Below, one piece after another: positions 24,101 to 37,031 of a stretch of 64,000 bases of DNA; position 1 is the first letter of the stretch, and each line of letters starts with the position of its first letter. This DNA is from Paragordius varius (Eukaryota; Animalia; Nematomorpha). Location of the stretch: NCBI GenBank assembly GCA_964247055.1, contig OZ176053.1, forward strand, positions 1,550,001 to 1,614,000, written 5' to 3'. A program made the translations under genes and the position numbers. A model generated the notes under the pieces. It ran no database searches, was not told the DNA's origin, and saw nothing but the letters and a program-made list of their open reading frames with translations.

Positions 24101-25121
24101 CAATTATAAATTAATAATGATTAAATTGATTAAATTCCACAATTAAATCATGGTAAGGGCATTCATTATAAACTAATAAAAACCTCGGAACGTTTCTCAA
24201 GAATGGATTTGAAATCATTGGATGCGGACGCCAATTTTGTCTAAAAATATATTTCGATACGATATACATTAAAATACGCTTGAAAATAATTTCATCTTAA
24301 ATGGAATATAACTTTTAAAATAGTGTTCATAATTTTTAACCGTTTATTTTTCTGACAATGTTCTGATAAAATTACATTTCTATCAAATGGAAAGTTTATA
24401 GTTAACAATGAATGTGAAAATAGGAAAAATGGTAAAATAATTCACATTGTTTGATATATGTTTTAGGGCTCTTCTGAAAGTTAAAAGGTGGAATAAATGT
24501 ATAGCAAATGTGAAAATGGTGATTTATTAATTTTACGTATAGAAGACAAAAATTAAACTAATGGTGGGTAAAATAATATTACTTGTAAATTATAAAGAAT
24601 AGAATTGGAATGTTTGTCACGATGTTTATTAGCGATGGATGTGGATTGACTTTTTAAAATCTAACATTATATATTTATTAATGTTTACTTTTGATAATTG
24701 CATGATTTTGGTATTTAAACCTGACATATCGGATTTTATAATAGCAGTTAATTCAGCGATTTCGCGACTTTTATCGTCAAATAAAGATTTGTTTGAGGCC
24801 ACTAAAGATTTCAAAATCAAAAAAATAATATTTTTGGATAAAAATCACAAATCAAATTACATAATGTAAGTTTTTCCAACTTAACATAAGTGTTTGCTAG
24901 GTCACCACTGATTTCCCTAAAAAATAAAGAAAAAATTAACTTCGCCAAATGTCCAAATTCCGCTGATTGTTTTAAGGCTAGAGTTCTTTGGTTTGAATTG
25001 ACATTGGTTATAGGATGAGGTGATCCTATCATCTAATAAACTTAAAAATAACTAGAACCTGTCTTGACTGCAAGGATTTTATGGTGCTGTAAAATTCATA
25101 CGTGCGATCCCTGTTATCCAT
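21138..25121 (-). CDS. STX5: Syntaxin-5, 9 exons (25121-25059, 25032-24941, 24916-24861, 24801-24689, 24660-24583, 24240-24184, 24017-23885, 23323-22987, 21297-21138)
   Basis: MDNRDRTYEF N-terminus, KLEKLTLL...SLFDDK..EIAELT..IK.D Habc region, KLASASNDFKSILEKR, SNARE motif IQSVESTIIELGGLFTQLATMVREQEEVIQRID and TM tail SNRWLMIKIF; GT-AG introns of 26, 24, 59, 28, 342, 166, 561 and 1689 nt. Confidence 0.95.
21500..21699. mobile_element. MITE family A copy in STX5 intron 8
   Basis: AAATTCACCCT left arm and GAATTGTAAATGGTA right terminus. Confidence 0.7.
22211..22274 (-). repeat. 3'-tail fragment of the ribozyme-associated short retroposon
   Basis: TGTAGGTCG...GGCAAAGTTT...ATTTTATATGCCCTTAAA resembles TGTAAGTCG...GGCAAGGTTTT...ATTATATGCCCTTATAA at 17539-17603. 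Confidence 0.5.
22279..22802. mobile_element. TTAA-targeting MITE family F
   Basis: TTAA|CACTCCATAACCTTTTGG...AAAAGGTAATGAAATG|TTAA; related copies at ~42160-42578, 52343-52836 (inverted), ~59590-59900, ~60410-61260 and ~7185-7500. Confidence 0.75.
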
Positions 25122-25857
25122 AATTTTAAAATTTTGGTTGCGTGTAGAAGCAACCTTTATATGTGGCCTAATATAATAAAGTCACCATGTGACAAATATA
25201 AATAAAATTGTAGCAGCTAGCAAAATTTAAAGGCCATAATTAATTTTGCCTTTGATTATATTGTGAATGTCTGGGGTACAATTAAAGATTTTTAACGCAA
25301 TAAAAGCGCTATTAATATATATTATCTAGTCATCTCAGTTAAATGTGTGTAAACACTCTCGTACAAAAAGGTATCCATGTTCATCTTTTTATTTATTCAA
25401 TAATAAAAATTATTTATAATAATATTAAATTATGATCGAAAGATGTCAGGTTTATCATGGTATTCTTGGATGCAAGAGCCATCAAAAAAGACACTGTGAT
25501 TCTTATTTCCTTTAAATATAATGTTTTCTAATATAAAATATCATAAAATATAATGATTACATGTTTTAGGCTTCTATGAAGAGAATTAACGAATATCTTT
25601 AAAAATATAGAATCATAAATTCAAAAATATCTATTAGTTTTCCGTGTAATTCCATTAAAATAAAAAATTTCTCATTGCCATTTTTTCTAATTATTTTACA
25701 TTTAAATCATCAACACGCACAATGCGCTTCGCGAAGAGTGATTTAAGAAAGTTGTTTAAAATTTTGAAGGAGGTGCTGCATATCAAACGGCAAAATTTGC
25801 GCATATTTTATTAATTAATTTTTTAGTTGGACTTCATTCCAAAAAATATCATTAAAA

Positions 25858-26466
25858 TATATAATCACATAAAAAAAGCAAAATAATATTTTTAACAAAA
25901 ATATTTTTTAGATGTCGCGAAAGTCCTAAATTTTTTTGCTCCTCTAAAATGGGCTGATTTTCGTAAAATTAAAGTGAAAATGCAGGGAATAAGTGATAAA
26001 CAATTAAATATGCTAAATTTTGATATCAATTTAAAATATTTCTGTTCAATAATTAAAATTTAAAGTTTTGTTGAAGAGTACCTCGTCCTATTTTTGGGCC
26101 GGAGGGAAACGGCATAAAAGTGCTTTAAGATATTATAAAAACACTTTTTCTATATAATTCAATGATGCTAAAATTGCTTTAGAATGTTGATTTAAGGGTG
26201 GTCTAATTTATGATGTTTAAGAATTTTTTTCAAAACAATTTCACATTAAAGATGAATAAATATTTTGATTATCATCAAATAGAATTAGTGTTATAGATAA
26301 AACTGTTTTATACCTTTTCTATCATGCTTAAAAATAGTATGATATTATTGGAAAATGTATGCATTTATTTTATATTTTTCTCGCGAAGAGCAAAAAATTT
26401 AGAACTTTCGGAGCCCACATCTAAAATGTAAATTTTTTTGTTTTGCTTTTATATATATTATGATAT
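25858..26466. mobile_element. ~600-bp MITE family E
   Basis: Terminal inverted arms ATAAAAAAAGCAAAATAAT.../...TTTTGCTTTTATATAT; homologous to 31021-31720, with an inverted partial copy at ~26540-27130. Confidence 0.65.
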
Positions 26467-27389
26467 ATTTCAATAAAATTTTGGGAATTAAACATTTTGC
26501 TTTAAAAATATTACTATATATTATAAACTACTTATAAAAAGCTAAACAAGTCACAAAAAAATTGAATTTTGGGTGTGGGCCCCTAAAATCATATTTTTTG
26601 CCCGTCTAAAGTAGGCAGGTTGTCTTAAAAGGCGAAAGCGTCGAGAGACTGCCCAATAAAAACTAAAGTAAAATAGCTTAATTTTGTCAGCAAAAATTTT
26701 CCGAAATAATGATTTGTTTACAAATTTAATTTATAGCGTGAAGCGGATTTTATGGTGGTTTGATTATAGGGAAACGGTATAAATACAGTTAAAGTTACTA
26801 TTTAAACCTTTTTTTATATATATATTCGATAATGCCATACATATTAGTTATAAAATTTTAATTGGTTCATTTGCTCGTAAATTTAAGTCAATATGTGTTA
26901 TAAAACATTTTATATTTATTAATTTGAGGACGAACGAACAATTTAATCAAAATTATGAGGCTAAATATTCAACATCATCGAATTGTATAGTATAAGTGTT
27001 TTTTAATATCTGAAAGCGTTTTTGTACCGTTTCCACATGCCTCTAAATAGTGTGAAATACGCCTATTTTGCAAAGAATAAAATTTTTGAACAAGATGTGC
27101 ATTTTTTAAAAAAATGTTTTTTTATGCCATAATCTAGCATTTGGCTTTTTTGTCTTTATTTTAAAACCAATACCTTTTACTAGGGCTAGAAAATGTGGGA
27201 TTTTAAGAGCCCGAAAATTTTACAATAATAATGTTTAGGTTTTAAATATTATATCATATACTAAAATAATATTTTTTGGTATAGCATTCAACTTTTTTCT
27301 AACTTTTGTCATACCAAATTTGCATTGATTTTGCAATTTTACGATATCGAGCAATTACCACAAAATTGCAAAAAAAACTTTCTTATATA

Positions 27390-27671
27390 CAGTAAAAGTT
27401 AAAATTTTACGGACAAAACGTAAAAATATAAAGAAAAATATTTTTTCTAAAAACAACCATATTTTTTTCAAATTCAATTTATTTTAATTTTAATTGTTTT
27501 AGGTAAAATATGGATTTGATATGTAAATTGATACACACCAAATAATATCATTTAAAAAAGTAATCAAGTAGTTTATATAAGTATTATGGTTTAAATAAGT
27601 AGGTGTCTTTTAGAAAAAAATATTTGTCTTTATATTTTTACGTTTTGTCCGTATAATTTCAATCTTTACTG
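27390..27671. mobile_element. MITE family C
   Basis: TA|CAGTAAAAGTT...TACGGACAAAACG / CGTTTTGTCCGTA...TTTACTG|TA. Confidence 0.85.
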
Positions 27672-28544
27672 TAATTACTCGTAAACGCCAAAACCAAAAG
27701 CACCATATGAATCTAATTTATCTATTAGAATATAAATATTTCATCAGGATATTTACGCAATGTAATTCAATGATGCTGAACATATCCATCCAATCATAAT
27801 TTTCGGAAGATTTGTTTGTATTCAATTTTAAATTAAATAAAAATTGTTCACAAAAATCTACTAAGGTTTGAAGATTTTAATTACATAATGTGATGAAAAT
27901 GTGGGGCAATATAAAAGTGTATTTATGACATGTAAAGTGTTTTAACGTTTTTATACTCCAAAAAATCATAAAAATAAATTCGGCTAAAAATTTAAATAGT
28001 GATACTGGATCCTCATCCGTTTGTTGGTTAACATTTTTTATATATTAAAAAAACAAATATTGATAATTAATATATGTTTTATATTATTTAATGTTAAAAA
28101 CCGCGGTTTTATTAGTTTTTAGTTTGTCTAATTAGTGGAATTAAAAAGATTTGTATTGGATTGAAGCATTAAAAATTTAAAATCCAGCATGATAAAGCAT
28201 TGAATGGGTTAGTAAAAGATTTTGACCACACCACAAATCAGTATATCAAAATATCATATAGATAAAAACTAATATTTAAGCCATATATTTTCGGAACATA
28301 TTTTTCAAAAATACATTGTTCGATTTTTATAAAAACATTATATAAAAGTTTAAATAAATACTGGTTCAGAGAAAACCAACTATAAATCAACCTATTTATG
28401 TCTGATACCTTGATATACGACCATATATATTTTGATATGGTTAAATAGATAAAAATAAAATAAAAATTTATTAGCAATTAATTTTTTAACAATCATTAAG
28501 TTTATAGTTAAAGTAATTATTGTTTACGCGCAAAAAAACTTAAA

Positions 28545-29033
28545 ATGGAGCCAGATACCGATAATGATGATGAGGGACACATTAATGCAGACAATGTTGG
28601 AGCTAAAGATCCAGTAAAAGCAACTAAGTTGACGTACAAAGCTATGGGCATTACAAACAACAATGAGGCTTGGAAAAAATTATCGAGTAATGTTGCAATG
28701 ATTGCGGGATTGCGAAAAAATAATATTATAAGCACCACCAATGATAACCAACAATCAAATCATCAAGAAAATAGGACAAATAATTTTGCTTCACATAATG
28801 AAGTGCCCACTGTCTTGAATTTAAGGCAAGCTAAAATTCCCGAAACCAAATTAGTAAGCGCGAAGGAAAATATAGATAAAATTCCGATTTATAATGAACA
28901 ACCACAAATGGTAAAGCCATTTGTTACAGAAGAAAAAATAGTTCCATTAGTAACGCTCACCCCTATAATGATAAATACTGCAGCAACTAAATCTCCCAAA
29001 AAACGAAGTAAATGGTGGCTGTGCTCAATATGA
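28545..29033 (+). CDS. Orphan 162-aa ORF (single-exon gene or terminal exon)
   Basis: Long stop-free ORF with coding-like composition in AT-rich DNA; frame is also open from a possible acceptor at 28513; no family recognised. Confidence 0.65.
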   Translation: MEPDTDNDDEGHINADNVGAKDPVKATKLTYKAMGITNNNEAWKKLSSNVAMIAGLRKNNIISTTNDNQQSNHQENRTNNFASHNEVPTVLNLRQAKIPETKLVSAKENIDKIPIYNEQPQMVKPFVTEEKIVPLVTLTPIMINTAATKSPKKRSKWWLCSI

Positions 29034-29946
29034 TATATGAGTAGTAAAATTTAAAAAAATCATAGCATTTATACACACTTTTATGTTATAATTTTTAATA
29101 AGGAATCCATCCTAAGATTATTAAGTTTAAAACTATAACAAATCGGAGATTGATATTCTTAAATAGTTGGAAACAATACTGATTAATTTAAATTTTATTT
29201 AGCGCCAGTGATCTTTGACAAATCCTGTTTTCAAAAATATTTTCTCGAGTTTAAAGTAATGGTATTAAAAATTTGAAATAATATAGTAATCAGGCATAGA
29301 TTAATTAATAAATAGTGTTTTTAACCATTTTAACAGGTTTCAATGCGTTGAGATATCATCTAAGAAAATATATTAATATATTACATATATTAAGCATAAT
29401 CTGCTAAAATTGTTATTGAACATAAGCTATTGCTAATTTCGATCTTCGGTTAATACGTTAAAAATGGATAAATATAAAACATCTGTAATTAAAACAAAAC
29501 CAACACAAATATCGGATATAAATTTATATTGGACAATTATTTGAGAGATTTTTTTGAATCACCAGATTTAAATAAAGTGGACACCCTCATAATAATTCCG
29601 TTTGTGTTGAATCCATGGCTTAATATCAGCATCATGATCTTTTTGAGAAAAAACTTTTTTAAATAATGTTTGTATAAATCCTACTAAGATGTTTTTAAAT
29701 ATGATAAATGATAATATTTTTGGCAAATTGTGTGATATCCATATCCACACATTAGTAAGCTTGTACGTTATATAATAATCAATTTCAAACGATCATAAAC
29801 TAAGTTATCTTTTAAAATCTAAAAATATTATCATTAGCAATAGTATAAGGGGGGTGTAATTAGGTCATGTAATGCGCGTTGAGCAGACCTGAATTCGCCC
29901 ATTAGAATAACCATGTAAATGAGCTAGAAAATACATCATATTATTC

Positions 29947-30285
29947 CAGGGGTGTCCCACACAAATGACTTCGCAGGCCGCATTTGTGACTTAAAAAATC
30001 CGACGGGCTGCATTTCAAAAATATATATAGGCCTTAATAAATTATTTATTATGTTCTTAAGCATACGAATAAAAAAAATTTACCACAACAATAAAATCCT
30101 ATTTCCTTTAAACAAATTTTGTACTCCATAGTCAAAATTCGGAAAGACGTTTTCAGTTAATTCGTTTAATAAATATCAATTTCGCTTAGATTTTGTAAAT
30201 AGCATTTTTTAATTATTATATTTTATATTTGATATTTTCCAATTTTTCGTAGGCTGCAAATCCAGAGGGCCGCGTTCATTATCCC
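29947..30285. mobile_element. hAT-type MITE remnant
   Basis: CAGGGGTGTCCCAC...GCAGGCCGCAT left end and GGCTGCAAATCCAGAGGGCCGCG right subterminal motif. Confidence 0.55.
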
Positions 30286-30359
30286 ACTTTTGGCTCTAAA
30301 TTTTTCCATCTCAAAGATTGCCTTAAACGACATTTATGATATTTAAGCCATTTACTTAC

Positions 30360-30595
30360 GTTATTTTGATCAATCTAGCTCCCCTAGATTGATATCCGCT
30401 AAAATTGGTATAATTGAAAATATTGTTCATCCTAATTCTGCACTCTTTAGGTGCACCACTAAACCTTGGTATCTGTGGCTCGATTGAGCTAAATTTCATT
30501 GTCGCCTTAGTAAGGCATAGTGTTAGATATAACACTGATATTCTAGGAGATGTATTATCCAGAATCGTGGTATTGAAAAGAGAAACAAGAGAAAC
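30360..30595 (-). CDS. Candidate internal exon of an unidentified gene
   Basis: TTTAG acceptor, 78 open codons (VSLVSLFNTTILDN...GARLIKIT), strong GTAAGT donor; partner exons not resolved. Confidence 0.4.
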
Positions 30596-31020
30596 CTAAA
30601 ATATTTATTTAAAATATGAGTTTTGATTTTTTAAATGAGAACTAAAAATATACTAAATATTACCTCCATAATATGTAGCAGCTCTTGTAAAAATAAAAAA
30701 CATAGAAATAAAATATTTAAATGGGATCCTTTGTATTCCTTTAACACTTTGATTATTGGGGTATATGACACCAGACATTTAAATATATATTTGGTATTCC
30801 TTCCATCTTATTGAATAAATAATTAAGTCAAAAATAAAAATTGTTTTGAAAAGCTCCATATCAAACTATTTAGTTTTATTATTTTAACTCTAAATTCAAG
30901 TTAATTTTTATTAAAATTATATCTAACAATGATTTAAATAGAAAATGTGATAAGTGCATTCATATATGTAGCTAATGTACATGTCATGTTGGCAATTTTT
31001 TAAAACGCTTCATTACAAAA

Positions 31021-31720
31021 AATATATCCCTATAAAAAGCAAAATAATATTTAAATAATATTTTAATTTTTAGATATAGGCACCGAAAGTCCCAAATTTT
31101 TTCGCTCGTCTAAAATCGGCTAGTTCTCTTAAATTAAATGAAATGCCGGAAGTGCGGGATATATGTTAATTATTGAGATAAATTTTTTTTTTGAAAAATC
31201 ATACTTTTTATAAAAATATAATTATAGCAAAATTTTGGTGAAGCCTACTTCATAACTATTTTTAAACATGATGGAAACGGTATAAAAACGCCTTTAGATT
31301 ATCCAAAAATACTTTTGCTATATACTTCGATGATCAGTTTTAATTTAGAGGGTGATTTATTTTAATTGACAATTTATATTTGAGATCAATCTAAGCGAAC
31401 GAATAAATTAGAATTCTACGGTAAAGGAAATGTTTAGCATCATTAAGTTATAAAAAGGGTTTTTATAATAGCTATTATACCTAAAAATATGATAAAGTAC
31501 GCTTTAACAAAATTTTTAAAAAAATTAAAATTTTAAATAAAGTACACATTTTTTAAAATTTAGTTAAAATTTAGGATAATTATAAAAGTTTTATCGCGGA
31601 ACCCCGGGTTTTTGCGTTTTAAAAAATATCTTTAATAAAGCGAATATTTGGGAGCAGAACTCACATATAAAAATTAAAATAAAATATTATTTTGCTTTTT
31701 ATATGTAGTTCATGATATAT
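31021..31720. mobile_element. MITE family E copy
   Basis: ATAAAAAGCAAAATAATATT... / ...AATATTATTTTGCTTTTTATAT arms; interior similar to 25858-26466. Confidence 0.65.
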
Positions 31721-31941
31721 TATAGTGATATATTTTGGAATAAAGCAATCTTTTACCAAAAATTTTTATTAAAAAATGTGCTCATATTTTGCCATTTTCT
31801 GATATGGAACACATACTACAAAAGGGTAAATAACTTTCTTATATCATTAGTAGGGTCAAAACTAAAAGCACTGATACACCTGATATATTTTCTATCAGAA
31901 TACATATATATGCTTTAATATATATATATATTAAAGATATA

Positions 31942-32100
31942 TACCATTTACAATTCTAATACCCTTTAACATTTAAATTACCCTTGAATAATTTAAATTC
32001 ACAATCGAATAATTCATATTCACCCTCATGTAATTTATATGTTTTTTATAATTAAAATAAATCTATATGTTTAATTTTTTAAAAAATAAAATTATGTTCT
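31942..32100. mobile_element. MITE family A left-end fragment
   Basis: TACCATTTACAATTC followed by degenerate ~21-bp repeats. Confidence 0.6.
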
Positions 32101-32554
32101 AAAATAAAATAATGCTAAATAATAAACTATCCCATATTGTAAAATAAAAAACCGAAAATAATTTTAACATATTACTATAAACTTTATGAACCGAATATTA
32201 TGATTGTGGTCATCCAAGTTTTTAAGCGTTAGTATAAATATTTTTAAATTGTTTCATGTTGAATCAATCGATTTTTATTTTCACAGCAAACTCGTCCTAA
32301 TTTAAATTTTGTGAATATATTTTTTAAATTATCTACTGATTTAGAGTTAGTTTAACATGTGTTTTTAACAACAAAAGCTTTTAGATCACTGGATCAATGA
32401 ATTTCTTTTTAAAACTTTTTTGTACTTAAGAATATTTGGGATGAAATAGTGCAATAATTCTCATAGAAATACTCATGATGCATTTATAAATCTACCCTGT
32501 TGTATTTCGGATAACACCGCATTTATATTTCGAACGCTAGTCCATTTAAAATAA

Positions 32555-34531
32555 ATGTCGCAATCTCATCCAAAAAGTAATTCTCCCAATGTTTGGGATG
32601 AACATGACCTCAAAAGCAAGCAAATATATAGTCCAGAGCCACTTAACCAATCTGAAGCAATAGATTTGTATAAACAAAGATTAACTAGGTTTGAATTAAC
32701 CGAAATTTCCGAATATGATCAAATTTATTATTTGGGTGAAAATGCAAATAAAGTCGGGGGAAATTCGCTAGATAAAGATAACAATTTCGGATATGATGAT
32801 GAGAATGGCAGTTATATTCCAGTTATCCACGATCATATAAAATATCGATATGAGATCCTCAAGGTTATTGGCAAGGGTAGTTTTGGTAGCGTTCTTAAAG
32901 TCTATGATCATAAAAATTCGCAATATTTGGCCCTTAAAATTGTTAGGAATGAAGCCCGATTCCATAAACAAGTCCAGGAAGAAATTAAAATCTTGGAAAT
33001 TTTAAAAAAGCTGGATAAAGAGTCAACGCACAACATTATTCACATTCTAGATAATTTTTTATTTCGCAATCATCAATGTATGGTTTTTGAATTGCTTAGC
33101 TACAATTTATACGAACTTATTAAGAAAAATAAATTTCAAGGTTTTAGCCTACAAATTATTCGCAAATTTGCATATTCCATCTTACAGTGCTTGGATTTGC
33201 TTCATTTGCACAAAATTATACATTGCGATCTTAAGCCAGAAAACATTTTATTGAAACAACCGGGACGCACAGGGATTAAAATTATTGATTTTGGTTCCAG
33301 CTGCTTTGAAACAGAAATAGTTTACACGTATATACAATCGCGTTTTTATCGCGCACCTGAAATTATCCTTGGATGCACATACAATTGTGCCATTGATATG
33401 TGGAGTTTTGGTTGCATATTGGCCGAATTATTTACTGGTTATCCCATTTTTCCGGGCGAAAGTGAAAGTGATCAACTTGCTCTGATTATAGAACTCCTTG
33501 GAATGCCAGCTGATAAATTGTTGGAAAGGGCTAAACGTGTTAAGCACTTTTTCACTTCTAAAGGTATCCCTCGGTATTGTAGTACGAGCCAAGCCGCTGA
33601 TGGTTCCACCATTCTCCTTGGGGGCCGTAGCAAGCGTGGGAAAATCCGAGGCCCTCCAGGCAGTAAAGATTTAATGACAGCCCTTAAGGGCTGCAAAGAT
33701 GTCTTGTTTATCGATTTTGTCCGTCGATGCTTGGTGTGGGACCCTAAGACGCGAATGAATCCCACCCAAGCCTTGAAACATCAATGGCTTCGGAAACGTG
33801 TGCTGCCCAAAACGCCTTCAAATCCAACGCTCCTAGCAAATGGTACCAATAGCAATGCAAATGCATCGACAAATGTTCCCTTAGCCACTTCGATAACATA
33901 CCATAATCAAAATGGTAGTAACAGTGATAAAAATGATTTGAGTAACAACAAAATGTCGTTAGAACACCAACTCAATACAACATCCACAACAATGAAAGAT
34001 GATTTTTCTACGAAAGAAACTTCATCATCTGGAGTATCGTCTGATACCAAACGATCATTACACGATGAACCGATACATGACACGCAGCACAATAGTACAA
34101 ATGGTGAAGAGAAACTAATTAACCCGGCTAATCAAAACGGTGGAGTTAACAATTCTGCTAATATTGTAAATGAACACAATTCGGCATATTTTCCTCCCTT
34201 ATCTTCTTCTCCAGCAAATTATGCCAATCCCATTTTCCCAACAAACAATTTTGCAGAATTGACAAATGGTGTAAAAATGGCTTCTCGAAATATACTCAAT
34301 AATAATTATCCCTACATGGCTTTTAATGGTCCTACCAACCATGTAAATGACAACGGGTTGCATCCAATCCCACCCACAATTCATCCTATTCCACAACAAC
34401 CTCAACAACGTAGTGTCTCAAATTTTTTTATGTTTAAACGAAATTTTTTGAATCCGACATCTGGTACCACTCAAGGTAGTGGTGGCGGTTTAGAGCAAGG
34501 AGGTATTATTGGTTTAACTAATTTCAAGTAA
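32555..34531 (+). CDS. DYRK2: Class II dual-specificity tyrosine-regulated kinase, single-exon ORF
   Basis: DH-box [54 protein letters not shown], and the DYRK2/3-type insert [13 protein letters not shown]. Confidence 0.93.
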   Translation: MSQSHPKSNSPNVWDEHDLKSKQIYSPEPLNQSEAIDLYKQRLTRFELTEISEYDQIYYLGENANKVGGNSLDKDNNFGYDDENGSYIPVIHDHIKYRYEILKVIGKGSFGSVLKVYDHKNSQYLALKIVRNEARFHKQVQEEIKILEILKKLDKESTHNIIHILDNFLFRNHQCMVFELLSYNLYELIKKNKFQGFSLQIIRKFAYSILQCLDLLHLHKIIHCDLKPENILLKQPGRTGIKIIDFGSSCFETEIVYTYIQSRFYRAPEIILGCTYNCAIDMWSFGCILAELFTGYPIFPGESESDQLALIIELLGMPADKLLERAKRVKHFFTSKGIPRYCSTSQAADGSTILLGGRSKRGKIRGPPGSKDLMTALKGCKDVLFIDFVRRCLVWDPKTRMNPTQALKHQWLRKRVLPKTPSNPTLLANGTNSNANASTNVPLATSITYHNQNGSNSDKNDLSNNKMSLEHQLNTTSTTMKDDFSTKETSSSGVSSDTKRSLHDEPIHDTQHNSTNGEEKLINPANQNGGVNNSANIVNEHNSAYFPPLSSSPANYANPIFPTNNFAELTNGVKMASRNILNNNYPYMAFNGPTNHVNDNGLHPIPPTIHPIPQQPQQRSVSNFFMFKRNFLNPTSGTTQGSGGGLEQGGIIGLTNFK

Positions 34532-36817
34532 TCCTTGGTTATAAAAGCACTTTGCATTGCGTTACATACTGTTTGACAAGCGTTTCAATTTATTTTTTGG
34601 AAAATGGTTATATCATCTTGGTATTAATCTTATAACTTGAATTAGCATTGATCATTGATATATCAAGAGGGTATTTAAGATAAATTATCCACAAAATCTC
34701 ATCATTTATATTTACAACAGTATTCAGTATTTCACACATCACTCCTTGTGCATTTATGATATAATTTTGTTTGTTTTAATTCATTGAATTTTATGCCAAA
34801 TTTCGACAAAAACTGACTACTTTTTGTATTTTTACCGCGCTGCCTCATTAACTTTTAATATTATAACGAAAAATTAACTATCTGCCGCTAAACTATATGA
34901 CCTTTTTTTAATTTTCCTTACACATTCCATACACTCATGTTCTGGAAGATCTTTTATACATTATGGTTTTTTACGGCTTTAAATGGCTTTTTTTATGTTT
35001 TTTTCATTAATTCGCACTAATACTGTAATTGATTACAAATACAGTTTGTGTGGTATATGTCATTTGTGCTTGGTTTATTTTGTTGTAAAAGCTAAATCTG
35101 TATCATACATGCATTATGCTAACTAATATGAATCTCATCTCAAGACGATTAATCTATAAATCTCTCCCCTCCCCCATACTATTTTGACATGCCTACAAAT
35201 TAAATTTTGTAAGTGTTTTTTTTCAACGGAAATTGTTTTCATTTTATCAAACAATACCAAATCTTTCATGTTTGCCTAATAATGATATATTAACACATGA
35301 ATCAGCTATCTTTTAATTTTGCATTAATACTTTTATTTAATATGTATGTATACACCTATATGCCCACACGCCCATTTTTTATATGGTAATACATTGTATG
35401 CCATATAAGGCGTAAAACAATGAAGAAATTATGTTAAACACTAAGCAATATCACTAAAACTTAAATCTGTCTCCTTTGCGCTAAAACTGTATGTTTTTTG
35501 AGATTATAAAAATTGGATTACTTTTTCAAAAAGATGATTGGAAAGCGGTTTACAAAATGCATTATACTAGTTAATTGTAATGATATTATTATCTTTATTT
35601 AGATAAATTTTCATGACCTAACTGTTTTCAATGTGTATTTTAACTATATTTATATGCCCATCAGCTTAAATATCATTATTTAGTAGACATTTAAAGCTTT
35701 TTACATATTTTAACAATATAGTTTCAATACCCATTTTTGTATTCTCTGCATTTATTTTTATATATCCAACTTTTTAATTTAATTCTGCTGCTGGCTCTAT
35801 GTTCCTAGCTCCGGGCATGTACAACTCATATTAGCTAATTTTTGGTCCGTATATTTAGAAACTATTTATTATAATTATATTTATATGTTTAGTTAGTTTT
35901 AATTATTTAATTACCGACATATTTAATATTTAGTTAAAGCTTATATCTACTTTTATCTATGTATCAATCATTAGTAATTAATAACTTTTATGTATATGAT
36001 GACTCTTATTACTTATTTAATGTTTATAATAAATAAATGATAAAATTGTATTTTCTCAAATTTTCTAATTAAAGTTTAAAATATTATAAAAACACTAATC
36101 TACATAATCATACTGAAGAAAGTCTCCTTAAATGGATAAATTAAATATTTTTAGTTAAAAAAATATATTAAATTTAGGGGTTTTAAATTTAAAGAATGAA
36201 AAACAGAAGGATGCTAACTTACAATTAATATAACAAGTCGGAAATTTAATATTTGATAGATAAATATTTGATTTGTTGCATTGGTTTAAACTTGTATAAA
36301 CAAACAAACGAACTCTACCTCAATTTTAAGACATGTCTAAAATGTTGAATTAGGTAGAACAAAATTTTTCAGGATGTATTAAAAAATATATTGGCTTTGT
36401 ATCTAAATTTATTTATAAACATTCTTTAAATTTAAACCCTCCAAATTTTAAACATAGAAACACATAGTATTAAAATTATGTATCCATTGTTTATTACACA
36501 ATATAATAAATCCAATTGAACATATTTGTTTTGCAATTTCCTGTTTTATTTTAAGGTCTCTTTTAGGTTTCCACAAGATGTTAAGTGATGCAATTTAAAA
36601 CACAGTAACAAAGGTTATTAATGGCCATTTGGAATTTTAAATAGCTCAAAAGAGACATCTCTGTTAGAAATTTTCATTTTTATTAAAATTGTGAAGGAAA
36701 ACACACACCTGTTGGCAATGGAAAATAATGATAGAAATAATTTTAACGTAACTATTAAGAAAGAAAAAATTAATGAATACCAAGAACATGTATATACTAA
36801 ATATCATTTTAACCATG

Positions 36818-37031
36818 CAGTGGTGTAGCTAGTGGGAATACTTAAAGGGGCGCCAGGTTTCAAATAAAAATAATTTTATTTCCAAAAAATGGGTAAATTA
36901 TTTTTAATACTAAATAAAAAATCACCCATTTAATAGTGGTCATCAACAAGGTTTAAAAATAGCTATAAAGGGGATAAAGGCGCCATCACGGATTCATTTA
37001 CCAGATGGCAGAAATGCAAGTTACACCTCTG
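36818..37031. mobile_element. hAT-type MITE with 8-bp TSD
   Basis: CAGTGGTGTAGCT / AGTTACACCTCTG termini; TSD TAACCATG / TAATCATG (7 of 8 match). Confidence 0.75.

Noticed and set aside
32768-34408. Four antisense ORFs within DYRK2
   Set aside because: Shadows of a long coding sequence.
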